From the human T2T-CHM13v2.0 reference genome, Homo sapiens, in the NCBI RefSeq assembly GCF_009914755.1, contig NC_060932.1: a stretch of DNA of 64,000 bases. The stretch is one strand, 5' to 3'. Within the stretch, counting starts at the first letter, position 1; every line of letters starts with the position of its first letter. The notes beneath the pieces were generated by a model. It ran no database searches. It saw nothing but the letters and a program-made list of their open reading frames with translations, and was not told the origin of the DNA. A program made the translations under genes and the position numbers. Below are positions 13,241 through 26,849 of this stretch, in pieces.

Positions 13241-13989
13241 GAACATATGAAACAATTAAATAAGCAACTTATAAAAAGTACTATCAGTGGTATTGTTTGA
13301 CACCATAGCTCGAGCTCAAAGGAAACAAAGTAAGAATATAATGTTTACTTCATCCCAGTTCATGTTAATTGTATTATTACAATTTTTATATATTACAGGG
13401 GCATTACTTCCATACAAATATTTTTTAACACTGTAGAAAACATTTTTTTCAAAAAGTGCTTTTAATTTATCGTATTGCATAATATTTCTGCATTTTATTG
13501 TATTCTTATTATATTTTACTTTTACTTTATTGTAAACACTAAAGTGCCCCAGGTGATAGTTCTGGATAAGAATGAACTGATAAAACTAGGAAAGATTTAC
13601 TTAGGCCTCTATATGACACAGACCTTTTAGATTTGTGAACTACCTTTCTTCTCACAATTCAACATCTTCGCCCAAATCAACACAAAAGAAATAATAAAAA
13701 GAATTATCCATGAAATGACTATGGTTTCATATTAGTTTTTAAAATATCACAGAATCTTCTATTTGGAAGGAAATTTATTGGGTATCACATCTAAACTTGG
13801 ATGGGAAATGTTCCATAGCGGAATGCGGTATAGAACCCAAGTATCCTGTGGGGCCCAGTCACAGATTAAGTTAAAATTATTTTACTAAAATCAAGTTTTT
13901 TCACATCCAAAACATTGGGACAACTGTGAAGCTTTGTAAGCAGATACAACTTGATTTGTTAAAAATCACTATCCCTCACAAGTAACATT

Positions 13990-14200
13990 GTAATGTCTAC
14001 ATGGTGGCCATTGGCCACATGTCATCATTTATATTTGAATTAATGTTAGTAAAAATTAAACACAATTTAAAAACCAGTTCCCCAGTAACATTAGCTACAT
14101 AAGTGCTAGCGAGCCACATATGACTAGTGGCTACCATCCCAGATAACATAGGTTATTGGACATTTCCATTAACACAGAAAGTTCTATTGGGCAGTGTTGA
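13990..14200 (-). mobile_element. MER3 hAT-Charlie MITE
   Basis: agccacatatgactagtggctacc...acatttccattaacacagaaagttctattgggcagtgttg. Confidence 0.85.
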
Positions 14201-14859
14201 TCTAGGTAGTTACCAGGGCCAATATTGATTCCTTTAGATTTCAATATACAGGTCCATGAAAATTTTAAGATGCTATTATGCATTCTCTAAAAACACCTAT
14301 CAAATCCCTGTAATGTGAAAGGAACTAAAGTACAAACTCAAAATCAGACAAATTATTTTTAAATTTGAATGTTGGGATATGTAAGGCAATTGCACCACAC
14401 TAATTAATTTGCCTGCTTTGACATTCATGGTCATTAATGTTAAAGAAAAATTGACAATTTTTTCTAATTCCAAATTTGGTATGTCCTTTGACAATTGCTT
14501 ACCTTCTCCATGTAACCATATAAATTACCATATATTCATATATAAAAGTTGAATAGAAATAGAAGAATCAGATTAAAGAATTTTAACCAATAAAGAATTT
14601 TAACCAATAAAAATTCAATAAGCTGCTTCTGTTTGGAACATGTTTTTTTCTCTTAAATTTGTATTAGTATTTCTAAGACTGGAAAATTCTGATGTTCATT
14701 TAAGGCAGATAATGTCATTGCCTTATCTCAGTTTCAGTGAAAGGAATTGGAACTAGTAATCATTTTCAGGAGACTGAGATGGTAGCTTTAGTAAATAAAT
14801 GTAATATTTGCAATATTTATTATTTATGTCAGTGGATTTATTAAGGCAAGATAACATGG

Positions 14860-15320
14860 ATTAATTCATTGATCAATTCATTCATCCATTTATTTGTTCA
14901 GTCAAAAAATTATTTTGAGTATCAAAAATGTTCCAGTCACAGATATTCTAGGTAATGCAAATAAAGCAGTAAATAAGATGCAATGTTTTTATTTAAGGAA
15001 CTTCATGCTCCAGTGGGAGAGAAAGACAATAAGTCACTAAATAAAAATAATGTCAGATATTGCTAAGTGTCACAAAGATAGAGTGGGTGCAGAAAGCAAT
15101 GTTAGAAAGATTAATCGGATAATTCCTCACAGAGGAGGAGAAATTTGAACAGAGACCAGATGATGAGAAACAGTCAGTGGAAGAAGTGTATTTCTGCAGA
15201 AAGAATAGCATGTGAAAAGCCTAAGAGACAAAAACCGGCTTGACAAATTAAAATAAATAAATAAATACATAAAAAGGGGCCAGTGTTACTGAAGCAGGGA
15301 GAACAATTAGAGTGGTAAGA
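14860..15320 (-). mobile_element. L2 LINE 3' portion
   Basis: (ttca)n tail reversed, then ggaacttcatgctccagtgggagagaaagacaataa. Confidence 0.8.
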
Positions 15321-17539
15321 GATATCTTCTCATTTCTTCTTTATTTTTGATGACTAAAATAGTACAAATCAAATAATTGAAAACTAGAGTACACATATAA
15401 AGTTGTGATGATGTATCAAAAATGCCAAAGACCTTTTAATATGCAAAACATTATTATTCTAAAATAAAATGTGTAATTTAAAAATTATATTAGAATGATG
15501 ATCTTAAAATGTTTCATGATATAGACTGTGATGAGCTAAAAAGGAAAGAATGAGCATTCCCAATATATTTAAAAGAACTTTTGAAGTTTAGAACTATAAG
15601 AATAATACTACCCATAGGAAAATCTCCCAGATTCTCTGAGGATCTGCTTCTCTTCACCAGATCCCATTCTATTTCTATATCTAATTGGGTGGTGCTGATT
15701 AGGAGATACTAGGAAAGATCTTATCCTGTAAGCAATATGTTCCACAATGCCATGCAGAGGGTAAATGGCATTCTTGCCCTTTTCCTCTCTCCTAAACAGG
15801 ATGTAAACATTAGTAGGTGACACTGATGATGGAGGAAATTAATGTTTCCATAAAACCAAAGCATGCATCCTGTTTTATTATACACTTGTTACATTATTTA
15901 TGATCATTATTTTCATGACCAAAGTGAAATATATATGTTTTAATAATACATTTTGCAAAGATTGAATATAATATCAATAATGGATTTCTTATATAAACCC
16001 TTCTTCTCCTAGTGACAAAATAGAAATATTAGAGTTGACTTGATGAAACATATCAACATCCCAGCTAAGTCTACTTAAGATCCCTTGTGGTCTTGTACAA
16101 GCCATTGGTTAATAATCCAATTCTAAACTCTAAAATCAAACTCATATGCAACATATACAATTTTCCTGTCTCTTTATTCTGATATGGTGGTGAAAGCATC
16201 AAGTATTGAAATCAGTGCTATGGATAAGTATTATGTGCAACCTAAAGACACAGAAGTTTAGTTCTCATTCATCTTGAAGTTTAATTTAATAATTCTTATA
16301 AAGTTAATATAAATTATGTGTGATAAAAGCTTAGAATTAGAAAGGATAGAAAATTTGTTGACATAAACATGAAAACTATGACCTTACAGTCAATCCAAGC
16401 AAAGTTTTCAGGTATTTGCAAAACCATGTACACCCAATTTTTAGAAAGTACAGTCTGAATCTATTTTCTTACATAATTTTGAGATGTATAAAACCAAAAT
16501 TTGGTCAAATTAATAAAAAAGAGAAATCCTAAACAGTACTTATTATCTCTAGATATGTGACTGTCTAAACAGCTGCCAAAATTCAGAATTCAAAGCTAAA
16601 GATTGAGAGGATATGGTCATAAATCTACTACATACAAATGCTTTTCTTAACATTTGCTATCGTGTAATTATACTAAATTGTTTTCAAAGAGAAAACATCA
16701 TGACCCTATATAAACAAGAGCCAAGAAATTGAGCTCCTGTTCAAGAAAATGCTCCTTTATTTAACATCAAAATTCTGGACATCTGGTTATGTCATGTGAA
16801 TCTATTTTGTAATTCATGTCTGGCTCCTGCTATGTTTACAGCAGCCCAAGAAGAGTTAACCAATAAATTAATCTAATAGAATTATGTCTGGTCAGAGGTT
16901 TGTTCTGCAGGTGTGTGACTGGCATAATTTTTCTCAGAATAGATTTTAATTCTAAAAAGTGATGCATTGTTTTCATCCTAAGTCTTTATTTTCTAGACAG
17001 GAAAAAAAGATAATGTTTCTTTATTCAACTATTATAACTGATTTTAAATTAATAGTGACTGTTTCTCTAGCATCTCCAAGAGGTAACCATGGTGAGCTAT
17101 TAAGTAATAATCAATTTCATAATGAATAAAAAGTATATGGTATTAAATTAACCTATAACAACATTTAAATGATATAATAAAATAAACCCTTCACATTAGT
17201 TTATCTATCATACATGACTAATATGTTTCCAATTCTGTAACGAATCATTTACATGTATAATGTATAACATGAGAGATTAATGACCAAATATCATATTGTA
17301 TTAGGATCAATACTATTTTACTGATGAGTAGACAAATAATATACTTTAGTGAATCAAACATTTACACTTCAGCAAACATAGTCACTGGGTTTAAATTTCA
17401 AATGGTAGTTAGTTCTAAAACATTCCTTTAAGAAATGTTTGTTTATCTTCAGAAAAAAATGTTGAACTAAAATCAGAAATCCTGGGTTTTAATTTTTGGG
17501 TATGCCACTAGTAACTCTGTGAGCTTGAGGAATTAAGTT

Positions 17540-18120
17540 CAATTCAATTCAATATCACTTCATTAAATATTTATGGAGCAACGTCCTTTGTGCAAGGATG
17601 GGAAGACAAAAACATATTTGAAAGCACAGGGTAGGAATCCAGTGGAGAACAAAAGATGAAAGATGCTAGCAAGAATAATTGACACAATAAGGGTCTAAGA
17701 CAGGGAAGATAAGACAAAGAGCACAAATCTAGGAGTTAGTCCCTAAAGAAAAGGAGCAGGTCCTCCTATAAGATCAGAACAAAAAACGAAATGTAAACTA
17801 AAGACAGACAGAGTTTCAGGTAGAGAGAAAGCAAAGTAAGGGAACTCATACGAGATTGATTTTTATCTCAGAAAAGAAGGTGATGAAGCCATGTGCTGAG
17901 GTCAAAAGTCACTTGGGATGTTGAGGTAGTGGAGACAGTTAGAGAGAGTTTCAGTGAAGAATGCAATGAGGAGGGAAAATGAGGCATAAAAAAATTGCCT
18001 AGAAACACTAAGGGGTTGGCATCCATTAAGTAACAGGATTTTGTACTGGTCCCAACCAATAGAGTTTTTTGACTTTCTCCATCAAAACTGAAATAAAAAC
18101 CAATGTATAAAGCATGGAAC
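17540..18120 (-). mobile_element. L2 LINE fragments
   Basis: ttcattaaatatttatggagca...gtgcaagg tail plus diverged purine-rich body. Confidence 0.5.
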
Positions 18121-18374
18121 AAATCAGAATTTCCCAGCTCTCAATGTTGAAAACACAAAATGAGAAAAGACCAAAGAATGGATAGTGATCTTCCATTAAG
18201 TGGTGACTTGTAGATACTTTAGTTAGCAGTGGAATTATTGAAATTGTTTAATTATATTAAATTGTTTCTGAAAAGAAAGCACCATGACCCTATGTGAACC
18301 AGAAACTTCTTAGAAGTTATGATGTCTAAAGTAAGAAGAAAAATGAAGTTGGGGCTGGAAAAATGACCTGAAAA

Positions 18375-18802
<428 letters not shown>

Positions 18803-18879
18803 TTAAATACCCAGGGTTTGGGCACAACAGAATTTCAAAATTTAAAAAAGGTTTACGAATAGAATTACTAGGTCTAGAG

Positions 18880-19037
18880 CAGCAATTCTCAAACCACCAT
18901 CAGGAGCAACTCTGCAGCTTTGCAATATTATCGATTCCCAGACCCTATCAAGAATTTCAGGGGTAGGAACTGTACATCTGTATGGTTAAAAAAATAACAC
19001 AAAGATTCTGATGCATAACCAAGTGAGTATTACTGGT
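18880..19037 (+). mobile_element. MER5A hAT-Charlie MITE
   Basis: cagcaattctcaaa...gattcccagaccc...gattctgatgca...actg. Confidence 0.7.
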
Positions 19038-19373
19038 CTGGATGAATTCTAACTTCAGAATTCTTCTACTTTATAATTAATGAATAAAATAATAAGAACC
19101 CCAACTCCCACAGTATTGTAGTCAAGGGGAACCTAAGCTGGTGAGGAAACATTCTGCAGGACTCCCTGGAGTTGAGGTCTCTGAACAAGGCAGAACTGAG
19201 AAGTCAAGAAGATTACATTGGTGGCAGTTTCCGTTTTCCACACATCTTCCCATTAACCGTGCCACTACTTTTATTTACCCAACTTATATCTAAGGCTTTT
19301 CTTTGTTATTACAATTAACAGAAGCTACATATATCAACAAACATTAAGCGAAAGGAAAGGTTTTATTAATGGA

Positions 19374-21627
19374 TGATGTGGTTTGGCTCTGTGTCCCCAC
19401 CAAAATCTCATCTTGAATTGTACTACCATAATTCCCATATGTTGTGGTAGGGACCCAGGGGGGATAATTTGAATCATGGGAGCGGTTTCCCCCATACTGT
19501 TTTCATAAGTCTTATGAGATCTGATGGTTTTATCAGGGGTTTCCACATTTGCGTCTTCCTCATTCTCTCTTGCCACCACCATGTAAGAAGTGCCTTTCAC
19601 CCTCCGTCATGATTGTGAGACCTTCCCCAGCTACATGGAACAGTAAGTTCAATTAAACCTCTTTTTCTTCCCAGTCTCTGGAATGTCTTTATCAGCAGTG
19701 TGAAAATGGACAAATACAGTAAATTGGTACCAGTAAAGTGGAGCGTTGCTGAAAAGATACCCAAAATTGTGGAAGAACTGGGTAACAGGCAGAAGCTGGA
19801 ACAATGTGGAGGGCTCAGAAGAAGATAGGAACATGTGGGAAAGTTTGGAACTTCCTAGAGACTTGTTGAATGACATTTTGTCAAAATAAAAATGCTAGTA
19901 GCGACATGAACAATAAGGTCCAAGCTGAGGTGGTCTCAGATGGAGATGAGGAACTTGGGAACTGGAGCAAAGGTGATTCTTGTTTGTTTTATCAATGAGA
20001 ATGGCAGCATTTTGCCCCTGCCCTAGGGATGTATGGAACTCTGAACTTGAGAGAGATGATTTAGGGTATCCCATGGAAGAAATCTGTAATCAGGAAAAGA
20101 TTCAATAGGTGACTTTGGTGCTGTTAAAAGCATTCAGTTTTATAAAAGGGAAACGGGATAAAAGTTTGGGAAATTTGCAGCTTGACAATGCAATAGAAAA
20201 GAAAATCCCATTTTCTGAGGAGAAATTTAAGCTGGCTGCGGAAATTTGCATAAGTAATGAGGAGCTGAATGTTAATCCTCAAGACAATGGGAAAGAGTCT
20301 CCGGGGCATGTCAGAGATCTTCATGGCAGCCCCTCCTATCACAAGTCTAGAAGAAAATGGTTTTATGGGCTGGGCCCAGGGTCCCTGTATTGTGTGCAGC
20401 CTAGGGACTTGGTGCCCTGCTTCCCAGCCACTCCAGCCATGGTTGAAAGGGACCCATGTAGAGCCCAGGCCATGGCTTCAGAGGACCAAGTTTTGGCAGC
20501 TGCCATGTGATATTGAGCCTGTGAGTGCACAGAGGTCAAGAATTGAGGTTTGGGAACCTTTACCTCAATTTCAGAAGATGTATGGCAATGCCTGGATGTC
20601 CAGGCAGAAGTTTGCTGCGGGGGCAGGGCACTTCATGGAAAACCTCTGCAAGGGCAGTTCAGAAGGAAAATGTGGGGTCAGAGCCCCTTCACAGAGTCCC
20701 TACTGGGGCACCACTTAGTGGAGCTGTGAGAAGAGGGCCACCATCCTCCAGACCTCAGAATTGTAGATCCACCAACAGCTTGCACTGTGTGCCTGGAAAA
20801 GCTGCAGACATTCAATGCCAGCCTGTCAAAGCAGCTGGGAGGGAAGCTATACCCTGCAAAGCCACAGGGGCAGGGCTTTTCAAGATCATAGGAACTCAAC
20901 TGTTGAATCAGCATGACCCAAATGCAAGACATGGCGTGAAAGGAGATCATTTCGGAGCTTTAAGATTTGACTTCCCTGCTGGAGTTTGGACTTGCATAGA
21001 GCCAGTAGCCCCTTTGCTTTGGCCAATTTCCCACATTTGGAATGGCTGTATTTACCCAATGCCTGTACCCCCATTGTATCTAGGAAGTAACTAACTCACT
21101 TTTGATTTTACAGGCTTATAGGTGGAAGGGACTTGCCTTATCTCAAATTAGACTTTGGACTATGGACTTTTGATTTAATGCTGAAATGATTTATGACTTT
21201 GGGGGACTGTTGAGAAGGCATGATTTGTTTTGAAATGTGAGGACATGAGATTTGGAGGGTCCAGGGGCAGAATGATATATTTGGCTCTATGTCCCCATCC
21301 AAATCTCATCTTGAATTGTTCTACCATAATTCCCACATGTTGCAGGAGGGTCCCAGTAGAAGATACTTTGAATCTTGAGGGTGGTTTCCCCCATACTGCT
21401 CTCATGGTAGTGAATAAGTCTCACAAGATCTGATGGTTTTATTAGGGGTTTCTACTTTTGCATCTTCCTCATCCTCCCTTGCCGCTACCATGTTAAGAAG
21501 TACCTTTCGCCTCTGCCATGACTGTGAGAACTTCCCCAGCCATGTGGAATTGTAAGTTCAATGAAACATCTTTTTCTTCCCAGACTTAGGTAAGTCTTTA
21601 TCAGCAGCATAAAAATGAACTAATACA
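19374..21627 (+). mobile_element. Full-length THE1 (THE1A/B-like) MaLR: 5' LTR 19374-19718, internal 19719-21272, 3' LTR 21273-21627
   Basis: Two homologous TG..CA LTRs; internal region starts gtaaattggtacc and ends ggggcagaa; 5-bp TSD atgga/atggg; internal ORF broken. Confidence 0.95.
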
Positions 21628-21632
21628 ATGGG

Positions 21633-22050
21633 AGTGCAGGGGTGCCTAATTGAAGGCTGAAACCAAAATGCAGGTTGGCCTTTGGAGTTTGCTTATCAGG
21701 CAGGCCAACAGTACACTCCAATATTCATAAGAGCTTCTCTTCATGTGTCTGTTCTGTTATCTCTTTTTGTAGGTCAACTTTATTGATCATCCAGTCAGTA
21801 TAATAAAAATAGTATCTCAGAATTCCAGGGTTTATATATTACATATTCAACTCTTTGGAGAAAATAACCATTATTTATGCTTCCTGTTTAGAGTTGTAAG
21901 AAGAACATACCTCCCCAAGTTTACCCATCTTTGTATTGGCTCAGGTCATGGGAAGGTAACATACAAAATGAAGAGTAGGTTCCTTATTCTGAATGAAGGG
22001 AGCAGTTGTGAGAGGCTCTATGTACTGGGCACTACCCCATAATGGACTTT
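21633..22050. mobile_element. Old MLT1-type LTR; continues from ~19300-19373 and is split by THE1
   Basis: Left part taacagaagc...ttaagcgaaaggaaaggttttatt joins tgcaggggtgcc on the right; diverged. Confidence 0.4.
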
Positions 22051-22559
22051 TGTCAATACCTAACACATACAACTTAACAATGTGATAAAAGAATAATATT
22101 ATTATAGTTTAGATAAAGAACTGCTCATGTCATGTTTATATTTTCTAGCATATTATTTATTTCTGTGCAAGTATAGGATATGCTATTAATTATAACAAAG
22201 GCATTAACACATGTATTTGAATTTATAGTCCAATTTTCCTTAGCATTAATACAACCATTAAGAAAACAGAAAATATTTGAGATTAAAAAACACATCACAA
22301 AGCCTATATGCTACATTGTATCTCAAAAGAAAATTACCTCATTATTTATCTACTTGTAATTTACTTCTCTTTTAGACATAATTCTATAGAACTTCACAAC
22401 CTCAGAGCAGAGTTGGTAGTTAGGGTTGATTATGACTGTCAGAGTCAGGACCATGCCAGTTGTAAGAAATATCAGAGCCTGACATGAAGGAGATAAAACA
22501 AGATAAAAGGTGGAGAAAAAGTTTTCCAAATCTCAGTGCGTCATTATGCTACAACACAA

Positions 22560-22790
22560 TTATTATTATGATTGTAATTAATTATCATTTATTGAGTCAT
22601 TTAAGTGTTCTAAAAATACTTTAAATGTATTATCCCAAGTAATCCTACCCTTATTTTGTAGGCACTATCATTAGTTCTACTTTACAGTCAATAAAACCAC
22701 AGAGAATTTAATTAGCCTAACAAAGGTCACCCCATGTAAGTGGGTACATCAAACTTTAGAACCAAGAAAGTGTTATTCTAAAGACTATTT
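22560..22790 (-). mobile_element. MIR SINE
   Basis: catttattgag...tactttaaatgtattatc...gtaggcactatcatt...tttacag...aaggtcac. Confidence 0.75.
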
Positions 22791-22859
22791 TTAGACAATT
22801 ATAATAAAGACATTATTATTGACAATCTAAAATGGTCAAGAAAATATAATATTTTGTTT

Positions 22860-23365
22860 AAAACCATAGATCTAAATGCAAAACAAAATCTGTAAAATAT
22901 CTAGAAGATAATATGTGAGAAAATATAGATGACTTTGGGTTTGGCAATGACTTTTTAGATACAACACCAAAAGTACAGTCTAGGGAAGAAAAATTGATAA
23001 ATTAGACTTCATTAAAATTAAACATTTCTGCTCTGTATAATACTGGTATTAAAGACTATTAAGAGAATACAAAGACTCAGAGGTAATTTCAAAACACTTA
23101 TCTGATAATCCATAATATACAAAGAACAATTAAAGCTCAACAATCAGAAAATTAACAACCCAATTAAAAAAAAATGGGCAAAAGATACAAACACCTCAAA
23201 ATCTGAAACAGTGACAATGCCAAATACTAGAGAAGATGTGGAGCAATAGGAATTCTTATTCATGGTTGGTTGGAATGTAAAATTGTGTCACCCCCTTGGA
23301 AGACAGTTTTACAATGTTTTACAAGGCTAACCCTACACTTACAATACAGTTTAGCAGTTGCACAC
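22860..23365 (+). mobile_element. L1MC-type LINE fragment, left part (interrupted by THE1D)
   Basis: ctagaagataatatgtgagaaaatatagatgactttgggtttggcaatgactttttagatacaacacc is old L1 ORF2 3' sequence. Confidence 0.85.
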
Positions 23366-25785
23366 TGTATTAGTCCATTCTCATGCTGTTAATAAAGACA
23401 TATCCAAGACTGTGTAATTTATAAAGGAAAGAGGTTTCATTGACTCACAGTTCAGCATGGCTGGGAGGCTTCAAAAAACTTACAGTCATTGCAGAAGTAG
23501 AAGCAAACATGTCCTTCTTCCCATAGCGACAGGAAGGAGAATGAATGTCCAGTGAAGGAGGAAACCCCTTATAAACCATCAGATATTGTGAGAACTAACT
23601 TGCTATCATGAGAACAGGATGGGGAAACCACCCTCATCATACAATTATCTCTACTTGGTCCCTCTCACAACATGTGGGGATTATGGGAACTAAAATTCAA
23701 GATGAGATTTGGGTAGGGACACAGCCAAACCATGTCATTCCACCCTAGCCTCTCCCAAATATTATGTCTTCACAATTCAAAACTCAATCATGTCCTTGCA
23801 ACAGTTCCCTAAAGGCTTAACTCATTCCAGTATTAACTCAAAAGTCCAAGTCCAAAGTTTTATCTGAGACAAGGCAGTTTCTTTCCACCTATGAGCCTGT
23901 AAAATCAAAAACAAGTTAGTTACTTCCAAGATACAATGGAGCTACAGGTATTGGGTAAATACACCCATTTCAAATGGAAGAAATTGGCCAGAACAAAGGA
24001 GCTAGAAGCCCCATGCAAGTCCGAAATCTGACAAAGCAGTAATTAAATCTTTTTTTTTTTTTTTTTGGTCTGGTGTTTTACACGGTCTGTCCATCAAAAT
24101 TCCCCTTTTCAGTCTGGCAGTAATTAAATCTTAAAGCTTCAAAATAATCTCTTTGACTCCATGTCTCACATCCAGGTCACACTGATGCAAGAGGTGGGCC
24201 CCCAGGGCCTTTGGCAGCTCCCCTGCTGTGGCTTTGCAGGGTACAGGCCCCCTCCTGCCTGTTTCACAGGCTGGTGTTGAGTGTCTGCAGCTTTTCCAGG
24301 CATGCAGTGCAAGCTGTTGGTGGATCTACCACTCTGGGGTCTGGAAGATGGTGGTCCTCTTCTAAAAGGTCCACTAGGCAGCACCCTAGTGCAGACTCTG
24401 TGGGGGGCCCTGACCCCATATTTCCCTTCTACATTGCCCTAGCAGAGGCTCTCTATGAGGTCTCTGCCCCTGCAGGAGACTTCTGCCTGGACATTCAGAC
24501 ATTTCCATACATCCTCTGAAATCCAGGTAGAGGTTCCCAAATTTTAATTTTTCTCTTCTGCACACATGTAAGCCCAACAACACATGGAAGCTGCCAAGGC
24601 TTGGGTTTGCATCCTCTGAAACAATGGCCTGAGCTGTACCTTATTCCCTTTTAGTCATGGCTGGGTCAGCTGGGACACAGAGCACCAAGGCTCTGAGGCT
24701 GCACACAGTAAAAGGAATCTGGGCCCAGCCCAGGAAGCCATTTTTTCCTCCTAGGTCTCCTGGCCTGTGATGGGAGGGGCTGCTGCTAAGGTCTCTGACA
24801 TGTCCTGGAGGTATTTTCCTTATTGTCTTGGTGATTAGCATTTGGCTCCTCGTTACTTATGCAAATTTCTGCAGGGGGCTTGAACCTCTCCCCAGAAAAT
24901 GGGTTTTCTCTCCTACTACATTGTCAGTTTGCAAATTTTCTGAACTTTTATGCTCTGTCACATCTTGAAAGCTTTGCTGCTTAGAAATTTCTTCTGCCAT
25001 ATACCCTAAATCATCTCTTTCAAGTTCAAAGTTCCACAGATCTCTAGAGCAGGGACAAAAAGTTGCCAGTCTCATTGCTAAAGCATAGCAAGTGTCACCT
25101 TTGCTCAAGTTCCCAGGAAGTTCTTCATCTCCATCTGAGACCACCTTAGCCTGGACTTCATTGTCCATATCACTATCATTTTGGTCAAGACCATTCAACA
25201 AGTGTCTAGGAAGTTTCAAACTTTCCCTCACCTTCCTGTCTTCTGAGCCTTCCAAATCTCTAGGAAGTTCCAAAATTTCCCACATTTTCCTGTCTTCTTC
25301 TGAGCCCTCCAAACTGTTCCAACTTCTGCCTATTATCCAGTTCCAAAGTCACTTCCACATTTTTAGGTATCTTGTCAGATGCACCCCACTTTCTGTGGTA
25401 CCAATTTACTGTAATTAGTCAATTTCCACACTGCTAATAAAGACATACCCAAGACTAGGTAACTTATAAAGGAAAGAAGTTTAGTTGACTCACAGTTCAC
25501 CATGGCTGGGGAGGCCTCAGAAAACTTATAATCATGGCTGAAGGGGAAGGAAACATGTCCTACTTCACATGGCAGCAGGAAGAACTGCTGAGCAAAGAGG
25601 GAAAAGCCCCTTATAAAACCATGAGATCTCATCAGAACTCACTCACTATCATAAGAACAGCAGCATGGGAGTAACTGCCCCTATGATTAAATTACCTCCC
25701 ACCAGGTCCCTCCCACAACATGGGGGGATTATGGGAACTACAATTCAAGATGAGATTTGGGTGGATACACAACCAAACCATATCA
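23366..25785 (-). mobile_element. Full-length THE1D-like MaLR: 3' LTR 23366-23737, internal 23738-25409, 5' LTR 25410-25785
   Basis: Paired LTRs on the minus strand; TSD cacac/catac; L1 host sequence resumes after 25790. Confidence 0.95.
24052..24116 (-). other. Short L1-mediated retroposed insertion (50 nt plus poly(A)) of unknown source
   Basis: T-run 24052-24066 and body 24067-24116 between exact 16-bp repeats gcagtaattaaatctt (24036-24051 / 24117-24132). Confidence 0.85.
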
Positions 25786-25790
25786 CATAC

Positions 25791-26175
25791 CTTGGTATTT
25801 AGCAAAATGAATTGAAAACTTATGTCCACACAATAAGCAGAATATAATAGCAGCTTTATACATAATTGCCAAACATGAAATTATCCAAGATGTCCTTTGA
25901 TAGGTGAATACATAAACTTTGGTACATTCATACAATAAAATATTATACAGCAATCAAAAGACATGACCAACCAGATACAAAAATACATGGAGAATCTTAA
26001 ATGCCTATGGCTAAGTGGAAGAAGTTAATCTGAAAAGGCTACATACTATGTGATTTTAACTACATGGCAGTCTAGAAAAGGCAAAATTATAGAGACAATA
26101 AAAAAAGATCAGTAGTTGCCAGGTGGTTGACAAAGGAATGGGAGGGAAGAATAAGGAAAGCATAATGTATTTTTA
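25791..26175 (+). mobile_element. L1MC-type LINE fragment, right part
   Basis: cttggtattt..aaatgaattgaaaacttatgtccacaca...tctgaaaaggctacatactatgtgatt. Confidence 0.85.
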
Positions 26176-26805
26176 TATTGTTTAAATAATTTATTTATTG
26201 TTGAAACACTATAAAAGGGAGCAAACACTATAATTATTAACTTTAAACTTATTCTTAATTATATGGTAGGCATTAAGCAGGCGCTTTGTGTCTAAAAATT
26301 AGTAACATTCCTTAGTTTAAAAAGCAATTCCAAAGCTGAAAATCTTTCAACTGCCATAGACATTCATGAAATAAATATTTATTTATAATATCATGAAAGC
26401 TACACCTTTTCAGATGTCACTATCAAACTAAATAGCCTAGATGTCCTTGATAAATTTTATGAATTTTATGTTTCATATTCTCTTGCCACAGCCAATGGGA
26501 TTGGCATGAAATACAAGCTGCTAGCAGGGATCTATGCTGAACAATTAAGATGGGCAAAGCACAGGGCAAGAAGGATCACTGCTATGATCACGGCCAAGTA
26601 CACAGCATTGATCTCGAGATGTGTTTGAAGAGTGAGCCAAGAGGTTGTTCAGGAATAAAAGAGAAGATGGGTTTGGATAAAAGGATTTTGATGCCTTGGA
26701 GCAAACTGATAAAACATTTCCATCGTTAACTTTTGGCTTCAGATGTATGTCTTCAACAAGGAGGTCTCAGTTTCCCTCTAGTAATTCCATCCTTTAATAA
26801 AAACA

Positions 26806-26806
26806 T

Positions 26807-26849
<43 letters not shown>

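Noticed and set aside
20109-21094. 133-189 aa ORFs in the THE1 internal region
   Set aside because: Fragments of the decayed MaLR internal ORF, frameshifted and interrupted by stops
24857-25418. 151 and 108 aa ORFs, and the ~54-bp tandem repeat at ~25206-25313
   Set aside because: THE1D-int remnants; I recall this duplication as common to THE1C/D internal sequences, so it is probably inherited rather than local
26491-26505. Inverted CCAAT pair gccaat-ggg-attggc
   Set aside because: A 6-bp stem is expected by chance; orientation is opposite to the NFI palindrome; no promoter context
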